Numbered from the stretch's first letter, positions 1 through 8,793 are shown. The stretch: DNA of 64,000 nucleotides from an uncultured Candidatus Bathyarchaeia archaeon (GCA_964559555.1 CAZLHM010000002.1:12238-76237), one strand, 5' to 3'. The notes: generated by a model from the letters alone, not told the origin. A program made the numbers and translations.

Positions 1-152
1 GCGGGGGTTCTTCGACTCGGGAAGAAAAGACTCTATGTCAGTGTGGGTCACAAGATATCGCTCGAAGATGCTGTAAGGATCGTGAAGCATTGCCTCAGCG
101 AGCGTGGGCTTGAACCTGTGTTGGTGGCGCATCAGGAGGCGAAGAGTCTGAG

Positions 153-842
153 ATGGTCGCACAGGACCTGAGCCCGGTACTTGTGTGGACGCTATTCAAG
201 CTCGCAGAGCTCGGAGCCTATCCTGGAGAACTCTCGATCACAACGGCAAAGCTGGCCGAGAGCCTAGCCATCTCACAGCAGACAGCTTCACGGCATCTCA
301 TAGGGCTCCAGAATCTAGGTCTTATTCGGAGAACCCGCATTGGTCGCGGCGAGGCGATCAGGCTCACCGTGAAAGGCTCGGAAGAGCTCAATAGAATGCA
401 CCTCAGATTCAAGGCGATCTTTGAGATGGAACCCACCGAGCTCCTGTTCGAGGGAACTCTCTTCTCTGGAATAGGCGAAGGCGCCTGGTACATCAGCCAA
501 CTAGGATATCGAAAACAGTTCAAAGAGAAACTTGGATTCGACCCTTTCCCGGGCACGCTTAACCTGACGCTCAACCCTGCGTATGAAGACTCGAAGAAAC
601 GCCTAGAGGCGTTTCCTCAGGTTCAGATTGATGGCTTTCGCGACGGCGAGAGAACCTTCGGCCCCGTCGTGTGTTACAGGGCGAGGATCAATGAATCGGA
701 GAATGGAGCCCTCATCTGCGCTGCAAGGACACACTATGCAGCTGATGTGATCGAGTTGATCGCGCCAGTCAATCTAAGAGTGAAGCTCGGGTTGAAGGAC
801 GGCGACATCGTGAGGGCGCGAGTTATCACTTCGACTCTCTGA
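153..842 (+). CDS. ribK: CTP-dependent riboflavin kinase (archaeal RibK/DUF120-type) with N-terminal winged-helix domain
   Basis: 229-aa ORF. N-terminal HTH-like segment (LAESLAISQQTASRHLIGLQNLGLI). C-terminal domain with PGTLNL...GxRxxGP-type signature typical of the archaeal MJ0056 family. Convergent with and overlapping a RibL-like gene. Confidence 0.65.
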   Translation: MVAQDLSPVLVWTLFKLAELGAYPGELSITTAKLAESLAISQQTASRHLIGLQNLGLIRRTRIGRGEAIRLTVKGSEELNRMHLRFKAIFEMEPTELLFEGTLFSGIGEGAWYISQLGYRKQFKEKLGFDPFPGTLNLTLNPAYEDSKKRLEAFPQVQIDGFRDGERTFGPVVCYRARINESENGALICAARTHYAADVIELIAPVNLRVKLGLKDGDIVRARVITSTL

Positions 843-1539
843 GGAAGACTTGCTTAATCTCAGAGGAGCTCAAGTACTTCTCCTTGTCGAACTTCGACAG
901 TCGGACTATCTGAATCTTCAGATTCCTTCTCTTGACCAGCTCGGTAATCGTCCGTGCAAGCGAGTCTTGATCATACCCGAGCGCAATGATGTCAGGTTTG
1001 ACATCGTCAATGACTTGTTCGTAGCCCATCCCGACATCTTCGTATCCAAGGATGGCTGCGTCAACAGGTTTCAGCGAATCCACAAGTGCTCGTCTATCCT
1101 CCTCAGGGAAGACGGGTCTGCGTCCCTTCAATGTCTCTGCTGTCACGTCAGTCGCCACGACAACGATGAGAACGTCGCCATAGTTTTTCGCTTCCGCGAG
1201 AGCTGTGAGATGCCCGAGGTGGAGTATATCATAGACTCCTCCCGCCAGCACTATCCTCAACATCGATCTTCCAGCCGGGAGCAGAGAGTATTCGTCAGTG
1301 TTCTTTCGTTCAAGCGCTCCTGATCCTGTGAGCCCAGTCAACGTATCTTCGATCGTCTCGGCTTCAATGCCTGTCTTCTCGACTAGTTCTCTCTTCGTGA
1401 AGAATTGTCTTCGAAGTTGGAGGAGGTAGATGGATCTGAGGAGCTTCTTCTCGTTCCCTTTACTCATGTCGTTCTCACGCACGTCTTTATCGCTGTTCGC
1501 AGGTTCTTCGTCGGAATATTGGTTGTCAAATTCATGCAT
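826..1539 (-). CDS. ribL: FAD synthase-like cytidylyltransferase (RibL family) with N-terminal extension
   Basis: VLAGGVYDILHLGHLTALAEAKNYGD = HxGH nucleotidyltransferase motif. The domain is about 150 aa and resembles glycerol-3-phosphate cytidylyltransferase/RibL. A flavin link is suggested by adjacency to ribK. The 3' end overlaps the ribK stop by 17 nt. Confidence 0.5.
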   Translation of the reverse strand: MHEFDNQYSDEEPANSDKDVRENDMSKGNEKKLLRSIYLLQLRRQFFTKRELVEKTGIEAETIEDTLTGLTGSGALERKNTDEYSLLPAGRSMLRIVLAGGVYDILHLGHLTALAEAKNYGDVLIVVVATDVTAETLKGRRPVFPEEDRRALVDSLKPVDAAILGYEDVGMGYEQVIDDVKPDIIALGYDQDSLARTITELVKRRNLKIQIVRLSKFDKEKYLSSSEIKQVFLRESK

Positions 1540-1540
1540 T

Positions 1541-1795
1541 TCAGTGCGTCGGACTCTTCATGCTTGCGATGCCAAGGATGCTCAATGAGTCGAGAAGGCC
1601 CTCGGCGTATGCGACTGATGCAAGAGCAGTCGTCGGTTTCCCTACCTTAAGATAATATTTGCTGTCCGCAACGTATCTCTTGACATAGTCGATGATGCGG
1701 GCAGTCCGTGGCTCATTGATGTTCTCGGCGGTTTTGAGCGCGAACTCAATAGCAGCCAAGTATGCTCGCGCTCGTTCTCTAGGATCTTCGCTCAT
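1541..1795 (-). CDS. small conserved hypothetical protein (84 aa)
   Basis: In-frame ATG (MSEDPRERARAY...) inside the listed 1541..1951 ORF. This start overlaps the dphB stop by 4 nt (ATGA), which suggests translational coupling. Helical composition. No recognisable motif. Confidence 0.4.
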   Translation of the reverse strand: MSEDPRERARAYLAAIEFALKTAENINEPRTARIIDYVKRYVADSKYYLKVGKPTTALASVAYAEGLLDSLSILGIASMKSPTH

Positions 1796-2586
1796 CTCCA
1801 AGCCTCCAACAGCTGAGGCGGGGCTCCTGCCAACACTCTGAGCGATTCTGCTTCCATGAAGTGTAACTTGCTTGGTACGATAATGGAGAAAGGAGGTCCG
1901 CCAAATTCGGACTTCATTAGGTTTCCCGCCGTATCCACTCTCACGATACAATCAGGTGATTCCACTCGGGCAAGTGCGATGGTGAGGGTTTCCTCGGCCA
2001 GAACGCCGGCTTTCTTCGTGCCCTCCAACCTGACTAGGACACTGATAGCTTCAGGGATAGTGAGTTGTGGATCGTCAATATCGAGAAGCCCGAGAGTGTG
2101 AAGACCGATTCTCCTGTTAGCTTCCAAGTACTCATAGACCGATTCTGGATTAGGATTCGTTCTGGGCGAAGGGATTGTGATTGTCCTGCCAAACTTGTAC
2201 ACTTCGAGACCCGTGACACCTGCTGCCGCAGTGACAATCGACGCCGAGTGTACGAGTCTCACTGGAATCCCAATCTTCTTGGCTTCAAGGAGAATTGTCA
2301 GGTGTGTGGTTGCTGACATCGGGTCGCCTGGTGTGAGAAGGGCGACACGTGATTGCTTGGCTCTTGAGAGTATGGTGCGGTCTGCGTCTTCCTCGAGGTC
2401 ATTCCTCTTGAGAACCCTGATTTCTTTTCCGACCAAGCGCTGCAGCCGATCTAGGGAAAGCCCTGGCATGATACTCGTGTAGAACTCCGCGTAGACCACA
2501 TCTGCGTTCCTGGCTGCGTCAAGGCCCCGCAGTGTCAGTCCGTTCTCGTCGTGCAGGCCCATGCCGATCAGTAGTAGCTCTCCCAT
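1792..2586 (-). CDS. dphB: diphthine synthase (tetrapyrrole-methylase fold)
   Basis: 264 aa. The N-terminus MGELLLIGMGLHDENGLTLRGL...ADVVYAEFYTS is characteristic of DphB. This is an archaea/eukaryote-specific enzyme. Confidence 0.8.
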   Translation of the reverse strand: MGELLLIGMGLHDENGLTLRGLDAARNADVVYAEFYTSIMPGLSLDRLQRLVGKEIRVLKRNDLEEDADRTILSRAKQSRVALLTPGDPMSATTHLTILLEAKKIGIPVRLVHSASIVTAAAGVTGLEVYKFGRTITIPSPRTNPNPESVYEYLEANRRIGLHTLGLLDIDDPQLTIPEAISVLVRLEGTKKAGVLAEETLTIALARVESPDCIVRVDTAGNLMKSEFGGPPFSIIVPSKLHFMEAESLRVLAGAPPQLLEAWR

Positions 2587-2640
2587 CTCATCTTCGCGGC
2601 AGAGCTAGTGGGGGGGATGGTAATATTCGTGACCTAACGG

Positions 2641-3726
2641 TCAGACCACTATTCTTCCGTTCTCTACGATTGTCCTGCCGTCAAGTTCGATGGTTGCTTG
2701 GCTGAGAGTTCCCTGAAAGGCGTAGTCGCTGTCGTTCTTCCCGCCCAAGTCTACGTTCGATCCTATTCCGATGGTGACAGCGCCCTTTGCGAATCCGTCC
2801 GTCAGAAACCCTGTCCTTATTCGTGGATTGAGTCCGATCGTGAGGCTCCCGATCTTGTCCTTGGCTCCGTGTCCTCGATCAAATATCGGCTTGACCGCGT
2901 CAAGATTCTTCTGCGCGTTGAAGGCTGTAACTCGTCCATTCTCGAACACCCACTGGAGCCCATGAACCAGCTTCCCAACCTGTGGGACGGGTAGGTCGAA
3001 TGTCACCTTCCCTGAAGCACTGTCCTCGACAACAGACACGGCAACCGATCCTGTCGGGAGAGTTGTGAAGAACAGGCCGCGTTTGAGGTCGTCGTCATCT
3101 ATGACTCCATCATTGATCTGAGTCTGTCGTCCTAGTATGGAGAACTTGAGGTCAGTGCCTATTCGTGATCTCACTCGAACTTCTCTTGCGCGCTCAAGGT
3201 TCGAGGCAACGCGCCTGCCCAAGATGCTCATGTCATCGTACCGAACCGCCGTCGCGGAATCGATCATCCGCTTCCATCGCTGGAAGTTGAAGCCATACGT
3301 CCGAGCCCTCTCCGGAGTGACTGCTCCATGCGCCAGATATGCACCTCGTATCTTCTTCTCTCGACTCTTGTCGAAGTGGGCCTTCTCCCCCTCGAAGGAA
3401 GCAGCGAACTTCTCCGGAGGAACCTTCCTCATCCGAAGAGGATTCGCCGGGCCCCCGATGAAGATATTGACGGTAGTATATTCGGCAAGACCTAGGCAGT
3501 GCTTCGAGGTGACCTTCAGATTCTCTTCGGAGAGCAACTCGAGCTGTGAGTAGTAGCTTCGATCTGTTTCGAGGATGGCCATAGCGTCAGCGCCAATCCG
3601 GAAGCACTCATCAAGTATCGTATCGGAAAGCTCGATCGTGTGTGGCCAAGTATTCACGGTAACGACGTCGTCAGGTCGAATTCTCAGACATTCGCTCACA
3701 ATGGCGTGTGCAACTCGAACCGACAT
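2641..3726 (-). CDS. aminopeptidase, M29 (AmpS/PepS)-like
   Basis: 361 aa. Overall resemblance to thermophilic aminopeptidase T family (IGGPANP..., C-terminal GxxxIGxG...D). Assigned by eye only. Confidence 0.45.
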   Translation of the reverse strand: MSVRVAHAIVSECLRIRPDDVVTVNTWPHTIELSDTILDECFRIGADAMAILETDRSYYSQLELLSEENLKVTSKHCLGLAEYTTVNIFIGGPANPLRMRKVPPEKFAASFEGEKAHFDKSREKKIRGAYLAHGAVTPERARTYGFNFQRWKRMIDSATAVRYDDMSILGRRVASNLERAREVRVRSRIGTDLKFSILGRQTQINDGVIDDDDLKRGLFFTTLPTGSVAVSVVEDSASGKVTFDLPVPQVGKLVHGLQWVFENGRVTAFNAQKNLDAVKPIFDRGHGAKDKIGSLTIGLNPRIRTGFLTDGFAKGAVTIGIGSNVDLGGKNDSDYAFQGTLSQATIELDGRTIVENGRIVV

Positions 3727-3988
3727 AGACTATCCTGCCAAGTATAGGGTCGAAGTGCCTGATAAGAATTCGATCGAATCGACGCCCAAAATCGTGAACG
3801 CACCGAGGAAAATCAAACGATTTGCAGGAGACAGGGGCTCATCACTACTGGATCCAACGCCCCACGTCACACTCCGCCTAATCCGAACGCAGGCAAAGAC
3901 AGTCGTGTGGATTCCAGACTGATGATCGAGGATCTTCGGCAGGAACCAGCATAACCCTGAATGCGGTAGGCCCAAAACGAGTGTTCGG

Positions 3989-4924
3989 ATGTTTTTCGAA
4001 GTGCAAAGCAGTATGCTTACACATCGGAGAGGGATCGGCGTTGCCTCACGGAGATCGAGTCCCTTGTCCAGCAGCCTGATTCCGAGCTTCATTCTCACGT
4101 TTCGAGAGGCGCTGGAAGCTGCTTTAGTCATTGCCATCGCAGCATCATATCTGAGAAGAGTTGGAAAAGCGAGCCTGAACCGACACCTGTACTCGGGTGC
4201 GGTTGCTGCTGTGGGAGTCAGTGTTCTGCTGGGCGTCGTTGTATTCGGGTTCTATGGCGGGCTGTCTGGTGTCTCGGCCGAGATCTTTGAAGGGATCGCC
4301 TCTTTGATCGCTGCGCTCGTCTTGACGTACATGATCCTGTGGATGACTAGACGTGCGCGGACCATGAGGACGGAATTGGAACATAGGGTCGAGGTAGCTG
4401 TGACTACTGGGCAGATGCTCGGAATAGTTGCCCTATCTTTCGTTGCGGTGTTCAGAGAGGGTCTCGAAACTGTTCTGTTCCTCACCGCACTCGCCATCGC
4501 TGACTGGTATGGCACATTAGTTGGCGCCGCGATCGCGTCCCTGACAGTGATCATCTTGGCGGCATTTCTGATGCGTGGAATCTATCGACTCGATACTCCG
4601 AGATTCTTCCAAGTTACGAGTGTACTCCTCATAGTCTTCGCAGCTGGGTTGTCTGGTTACGCCGCACATGAGCTCTTGGAGGCCGCTGAGCACTCCGGTA
4701 TCGAACTCGGAATACTGGGACAGCACGCGTTTGACATCAATCCGCTGAAGAATCAGGATGGAACCTATCCTCTGTTGCATGAGAAAGGCGCGGTGGGATC
4801 TGTGCTCGCGGCGCTGGTCGGGTATGATGGCAACCCTGAATGGATGCGGGTCATCGTCTACGTAGGATACTGGCTCGTGCTTGGCGTGTACGTCCTATTC
4901 TCACGTCGACGCTTGAGTTCTTGA
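3989..4924 (+). CDS. FTR1/EfeU-family high-affinity iron permease
   Basis: Polytopic membrane protein with two RExxE motifs (FREALEAALV and FREGLETVLF). These are diagnostic of the FTR1/EfeU family. The true start is probably an internal Met. Confidence 0.65.
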   Translation: MFFEVQSSMLTHRRGIGVASRRSSPLSSSLIPSFILTFREALEAALVIAIAASYLRRVGKASLNRHLYSGAVAAVGVSVLLGVVVFGFYGGLSGVSAEIFEGIASLIAALVLTYMILWMTRRARTMRTELEHRVEVAVTTGQMLGIVALSFVAVFREGLETVLFLTALAIADWYGTLVGAAIASLTVIILAAFLMRGIYRLDTPRFFQVTSVLLIVFAAGLSGYAAHELLEAAEHSGIELGILGQHAFDINPLKNQDGTYPLLHEKGAVGSVLAALVGYDGNPEWMRVIVYVGYWLVLGVYVLFSRRRLSS

Positions 4925-5043
4925 TAGATCTGGAGACGAACGACCTCGCAGGAGACAGAGACCTTCCTGCGACGCCATCTATCCGCGTCGATTCGATTGA
5001 TGAAAACTTAAGTAGACTTCCCAGTCATGTGCGAAATCTCGGA

Positions 5044-5177
5044 GGGTCCGTAGCTCAGGCAGGCAGGTTGATCTGCCCTCGAAAGGTAGAGCAGCGGTCT
5101 CGCAGGAGCAAGGCTGAAGCTCTTAACCGCTGAGGGATACCCGAAGGTCGAGGGTTCAATTCCCTCCGGACCCGCCA
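5044..5177 (+). tRNA. intron-containing tRNA gene (about 131 nt before CCA; at least two introns), isotype unresolved (Lys-CUU favoured)
   Basis: Perfect 7-bp acceptor stem GGGTCCG/CGGACCC. U8 A9. D-stem GCTC...GAGC. T-arm GAGGG-TTCAATT-CCCTC. Discriminator G and encoded CCA. The acceptor and T-arm closely resemble archaeal tRNA-Lys. The D-loop is about 23 nt too long and the anticodon region about 20 nt too long. A CTCTTAA loop is present at 5120-5126. Confidence 0.6.
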
Positions 5178-5371
5178 AAAACTGACTGGAGAGATGGACG
5201 GCTACGTCAGGCAGCTGGTCAAGAAGGCCGCTGATTCTGGAGGAAGGATTCCGAAGCAGTCGAACGTGTACGAGGAGATTGTCAGGAAAGGATGGGAGGC
5301 AGTGAAGAGGCAGAACAAGAAGTAGCTGGACAGTGATTTAAGCTCAAGCAGCCAAATATGTTTCGAGTGTT

Positions 5372-6583
5372 ATGGGGACATTCTCGTCTGGGAACATTGC
5401 AATCGCATTCAACGATAATGACGGCAAGGCTGAGCGGATTCTAGCAAACGGGACGGATATCCGAACCATAGTTTTCCAACTTACCTCGATGCCTTCGATT
5501 GGTAGAGCTCCAGTTCTTCCCGATGAACTCCACCAATTAGCTAACCAAGTTTTCGACGCCATAGAGGATCTCGTTCGTCAGGGTCTAAACACATTTGTCG
5601 CGGTGTCCGCCGCCGACCGCTTTTTCGAGTCTTTCACACCGCTCTATCGCTATCTTTCGAGTTTCGGATTTCAAGGGGCAGCCTCGCATACGTGGGTGCA
5701 GCTTATTCGATGGACGCTTGAGTGGGAGAAGAGCCACTCCACCCAGATTCACAAGGGCACTCCATTCTTCTTTCTTGGAGAGAGCCTGATCTACCAGGGC
5801 GACATTGAGACTGCCTTTCTATTCATCTACAATGCCGTGGAAGAGGACAAGTCTTCGTATCAAGCTGTGGGCCAGCCAGACCGCTACAAGCAAGCTCCTG
5901 CCTACATGACTGCCACAATCGTTGACAATCCGGCGAACGTGCTCTACAAGCCTGTCGTCCGACGCATTCGAGAAGCAATCAGCAACTACGCCACATCGTT
6001 CTCTCAAGCGACCAATTCGCCTTACACTCTGGCTGACTTCCAGACCAACTTCTTGGACAAGCCCGATCTTGAGAAGCTCGTATTCTTCTTTGTCTACAAC
6101 ATGTATGTGCACATTCAGCGAAATCGCTTTCAGCAAGTATCTCAATTCTTCGACAACGATTTCACCAAGATCAAGAATCTTGATTCAATCTTCAACATGT
6201 GCCTCATAATTGAAGAGTTGCTTCAGCACAGGTTCGGTCAAGGGAAAGACAAGTACTACATCACAAATGGAATCTTGGACCTTGCGGCAAACAAGACATG
6301 GAGGACATGGGTCGCGAAAAACGAAGCATGGGAGCAGTTTCTCGGGAAGTTGGGTGGCGTCGCCATCGGGCCCGATCCAAAGACTACAGTTCCGGCCTTG
6401 CTAACTAGCAACATCACCTACGCAGGTCAGCCATTGAAGCAAGAGCTTCGCTACCTGCTCTTGGCTTGGCACTTGCGGAACTATGGCGGCCACAACATTC
6501 GAGTGCAAGACGTTCTTGTCAAGTCATACGATCAGATATTCGAGTGCTTGATCTATGCATTGTTCATCGCGGGTCAACCATGA
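5372..6583 (+). CDS. hypothetical protein (403 aa), first gene of a putative two-gene module with HEPN-like partner
   Basis: Long ORF with coding-like composition. No recognisable catalytic motif except a possible C-terminal Rx4H (HLRNYGGHNIR). Stop lies 18 nt before the next gene. Located next to the tRNA, in an island context. Confidence 0.5.
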   Translation: MGTFSSGNIAIAFNDNDGKAERILANGTDIRTIVFQLTSMPSIGRAPVLPDELHQLANQVFDAIEDLVRQGLNTFVAVSAADRFFESFTPLYRYLSSFGFQGAASHTWVQLIRWTLEWEKSHSTQIHKGTPFFFLGESLIYQGDIETAFLFIYNAVEEDKSSYQAVGQPDRYKQAPAYMTATIVDNPANVLYKPVVRRIREAISNYATSFSQATNSPYTLADFQTNFLDKPDLEKLVFFFVYNMYVHIQRNRFQQVSQFFDNDFTKIKNLDSIFNMCLIIEELLQHRFGQGKDKYYITNGILDLAANKTWRTWVAKNEAWEQFLGKLGGVAIGPDPKTTVPALLTSNITYAGQPLKQELRYLLLAWHLRNYGGHNIRVQDVLVKSYDQIFECLIYALFIAGQP

Positions 6584-6601
6584 GCCGGCTGAGGAGCGCT
6601 C

Positions 6602-7045
6602 TTGATAAGCAAGGAACAGTATTGGGAGATTGACAAGTTCTACAGCAAAGCAACATCGATACTTGACGAAGCCAGAGAGCATGTCAAGAAGTTCGAGTAC
6701 GACCTGTGCGTGAGGCGCTCGCAGGAAGCCTTCGAGCTGTTTCTCAAGACCATGTTCAAGTTGATCGGCGAGGAGTATCCGCAGAAGCACGAGATCAGCC
6801 AAGAGATTTACGACATGCACAGCTCTCTAAAGAAATACGACTTCTCGGCTCAGAAGGTCGCTCAGATAGTCCACAGGAATCGGACCCTGGGGGTTTGGCG
6901 AGAGAAGTCGTTCTACGGCGACGAGAAGCTTGGAGTGACCTCCATCTTCACAGAGCACGAGGCAAGATTAGCGCTGTCCTATGCAGAAGATATCTCGACA
7001 GACTGTTATGTGGTGCGAAGTCGGGTGTTCTCGGAAGTGCGGTGA
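6602..7045 (+). CDS. HEPN-like domain protein (147 aa)
   Basis: All-helical. DLCVRRSQEAFELFLKTMFKLIGEEYPQKHEISQ matches the HEPN (PF05168-like) core pattern: hydrophobic heptads followed by a conserved His. Confidence 0.4.
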   Translation: MISKEQYWEIDKFYSKATSILDEAREHVKKFEYDLCVRRSQEAFELFLKTMFKLIGEEYPQKHEISQEIYDMHSSLKKYDFSAQKVAQIVHRNRTLGVWREKSFYGDEKLGVTSIFTEHEARLALSYAEDISTDCYVVRSRVFSEVR

Positions 7046-7147
7046 AAGCTCCAACTGTACACCTGATGATATCGAGCGCCATTTCCTCATCTCACTGTGC
7101 GAACCTGTGCCTCGCGAAAAGCGGCTCGACTGAAGCTTTAAGTTACG

Positions 7148-7194
7148 ATATGATATATATCATAATATCACAAATCTGTGAGGTTGTGATATGA
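7148..7194 (+). promoter_or_regulatory. AT-rich promoter/operator: 14-bp palindrome plus 9-bp inverted repeat overlapping the abiEi start
   Basis: ATGATATATATCAT (7150-7163) is a perfect palindrome and is TATA-like. ATATCACAA (7165-7173) and TTGTGATAT (7184-7192) are perfect inverted repeats with a 10-nt spacer, ending 2 nt before the ATG at 7195. Confidence 0.4.
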
Positions 7195-7830
7195 ATGAAA
7201 ACGGACATGTTGCTCAGAAAGCTCCGCATGGAAAATAAGGAATTCGCCACGTCAGAGGAGCTGAGGGCATATTGCAAGTCATTGAAGCTGGATTACGACA
7301 TTGCGATCAGGCATCTTGTTCCGCGGGGATACCTGGTCAGAATCCTCAGGGGGATATTCTATGTCAAGTCACTTGAAGAGCTGGAGCTGGCGAGGCCCAG
7401 ATACAATCATCTCGAACTCGTCGCCAGAGGCCTTGAGCTGAAAGGTGTCAGCAACTGGTACTTTGGCCTGCACACGGCGCTCAAGCTCAACAACATGACC
7501 CACGAGGCGTTTGCAGTGGAAGACGTGATAAGCGACAAGCTGTTCCGAGCGAACCCGTTCAAGATCGCAGGGTACAAGTTCAAGTTCTCAAGGCTCTCGC
7601 CATCGCTCCTTGACTTTGGAATAAGGAAAGGGGAGAACGGCGTAAGGTATTCTGATCCAGAAAAAACGATTCTCGACTTCATCTACATATGGAGATACAA
7701 CGGCGTACCCGAAGACAAGATTGCGGCTGACGTGTCCGGTTGGGCGAAGAATGTGGCGAAGAAGATGAGGTCGTATGCGAGGAAGTATCCTAATACCGTG
7801 GCGGAGATTGCTGAGAGAGTGGCCAAATGA
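7195..7830 (+). CDS. abiEi: AbiEi-like antitoxin / transcriptional regulator (type IV TA)
   Basis: 211 aa. Sits directly upstream of an AbiEii-family gene and overlaps it by 4 nt. Size and N-terminal wHTH-like region are consistent with AbiEi. Confidence 0.55.
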   Translation: MKTDMLLRKLRMENKEFATSEELRAYCKSLKLDYDIAIRHLVPRGYLVRILRGIFYVKSLEELELARPRYNHLELVARGLELKGVSNWYFGLHTALKLNNMTHEAFAVEDVISDKLFRANPFKIAGYKFKFSRLSPSLLDFGIRKGENGVRYSDPEKTILDFIYIWRYNGVPEDKIAADVSGWAKNVAKKMRSYARKYPNTVAEIAERVAK

Positions 7831-8762
7831 GAGCCGATTTTGTAAACGAGGTCGCAAGAGTCCTAGACATCAAGAGAAGGGACTTGGTCGAGAAAGACCT
7901 CATCCTTCATCAGATGCTGACGGACCTATCACAGGAGAGTTTCTTTTCCGATAACTTCCTGTTCAAAGGTGGGACGTGCCTAATCAAGTGCTACTTCGGC
8001 TACCTGCGATTCTCGGAGGACATCGATTTCACATGGAAAGACCAGAGTGTCTTCGAAGGCAAGTCGCAGAAGCAAATCAGAAAGTACCTGTCGGATGTCA
8101 TCAACAAGACCGGAGACGTTTTCGAAGCCGTCGCCGAGAAGAGAGGCCTTGATTTCAAGTGCGTAAAGAGCAACAGGGACTATGTCGAACTCGGCGGCAA
8201 TGACAAGACCTGCACGCTCAAGATATGGTACGATTCCGAGATACTGAAAAGGCGGACGTTCCCGAAGGTGCAGATTAATTTCGTCGAGACCATGTGCTTC
8301 TCTCCGAAGAAAGGGGAGCTCAGCGGACTGCTGACAGGCAAGCACGAAGAGCTTGAAGGCCTGTTTCCCGAAGAGACAGCCGAGTATGCCAAGAGGATAG
8401 CTTTCAGCGTGTACGACATCCGCGAGACACTGTGTGAGAAGGTGCGCGCGCTTCTTACACGCGAAGGAACCAAGGCACGGGATTTCCTTGATGTCTACTT
8501 GATATGGAAACGGTTCGGCCTCAGGCCAGAAGACGAGGAGAAATGCATAATCGGCAAGATAGATTTCTCGCTGAGGCTCTATGCAAAGTACAGGCAGCAT
8601 CTGAAGCAGAAGGTCGCCTTGCTGAAGTCTGGGAAGCTGTTCGACTGGGGGACCGAGAAGGAATTGCTGCTGTCCGACATGGACGAGGGAGATTTCTACA
8701 AGTTCCTAGGCGGGTTCCAAGAGTTCCTTAAGAAAGCCGTGAAAGCTGTGGGCTACGGATAG
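7827..8762 (+). CDS. abiEii: AbiEii/AbiGii-family nucleotidyltransferase toxin (DUF1814)
   Basis: FLFKGGTCLIKCYFGYLRFSEDIDFT matches the DUF1814 signature (KGGTAL...Y...RFSEDIDF). Confidence 0.75.
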   Translation: MRADFVNEVARVLDIKRRDLVEKDLILHQMLTDLSQESFFSDNFLFKGGTCLIKCYFGYLRFSEDIDFTWKDQSVFEGKSQKQIRKYLSDVINKTGDVFEAVAEKRGLDFKCVKSNRDYVELGGNDKTCTLKIWYDSEILKRRTFPKVQINFVETMCFSPKKGELSGLLTGKHEELEGLFPEETAEYAKRIAFSVYDIRETLCEKVRALLTREGTKARDFLDVYLIWKRFGLRPEDEEKCIIGKIDFSLRLYAKYRQHLKQKVALLKSGKLFDWGTEKELLLSDMDEGDFYKFLGGFQEFLKKAVKAVGYG

Positions 8763-8793
8763 CGCATTGCCGCTTCAAACACAATACTCATGA

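Noticed and set aside
3730-4554. Minus-strand ORFs (135, 79, 100 aa) antisense to the FTR1 permease region
   Set aside because: Shadow ORFs with Ser/Arg/Pro-rich composition. The plus-strand membrane protein has diagnostic RExxE motifs.
5099-5125. Reading the tRNA as tRNA-Ala(CGC) with a single canonical 20-nt intron after position 37
   Set aside because: The acceptor stem has G3:C70, not the universal Ala G3:U70. No intron segment is complementary to the anticodon, so there is no BHB. About 35 extra nt would remain unexplained elsewhere in the gene.
6706-7194. 162-aa ORF overlapping the HEPN-like gene in another frame
   Set aside because: Arg/Ser/Leu-rich low-complexity translation. It completely overlaps a better ORF and the AT-rich abiEi promoter. 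Likely spurious.
7980-8600. 206-aa minus-strand ORF inside abiEii
   Set aside because: Antisense shadow of a gene with a strong family signature.
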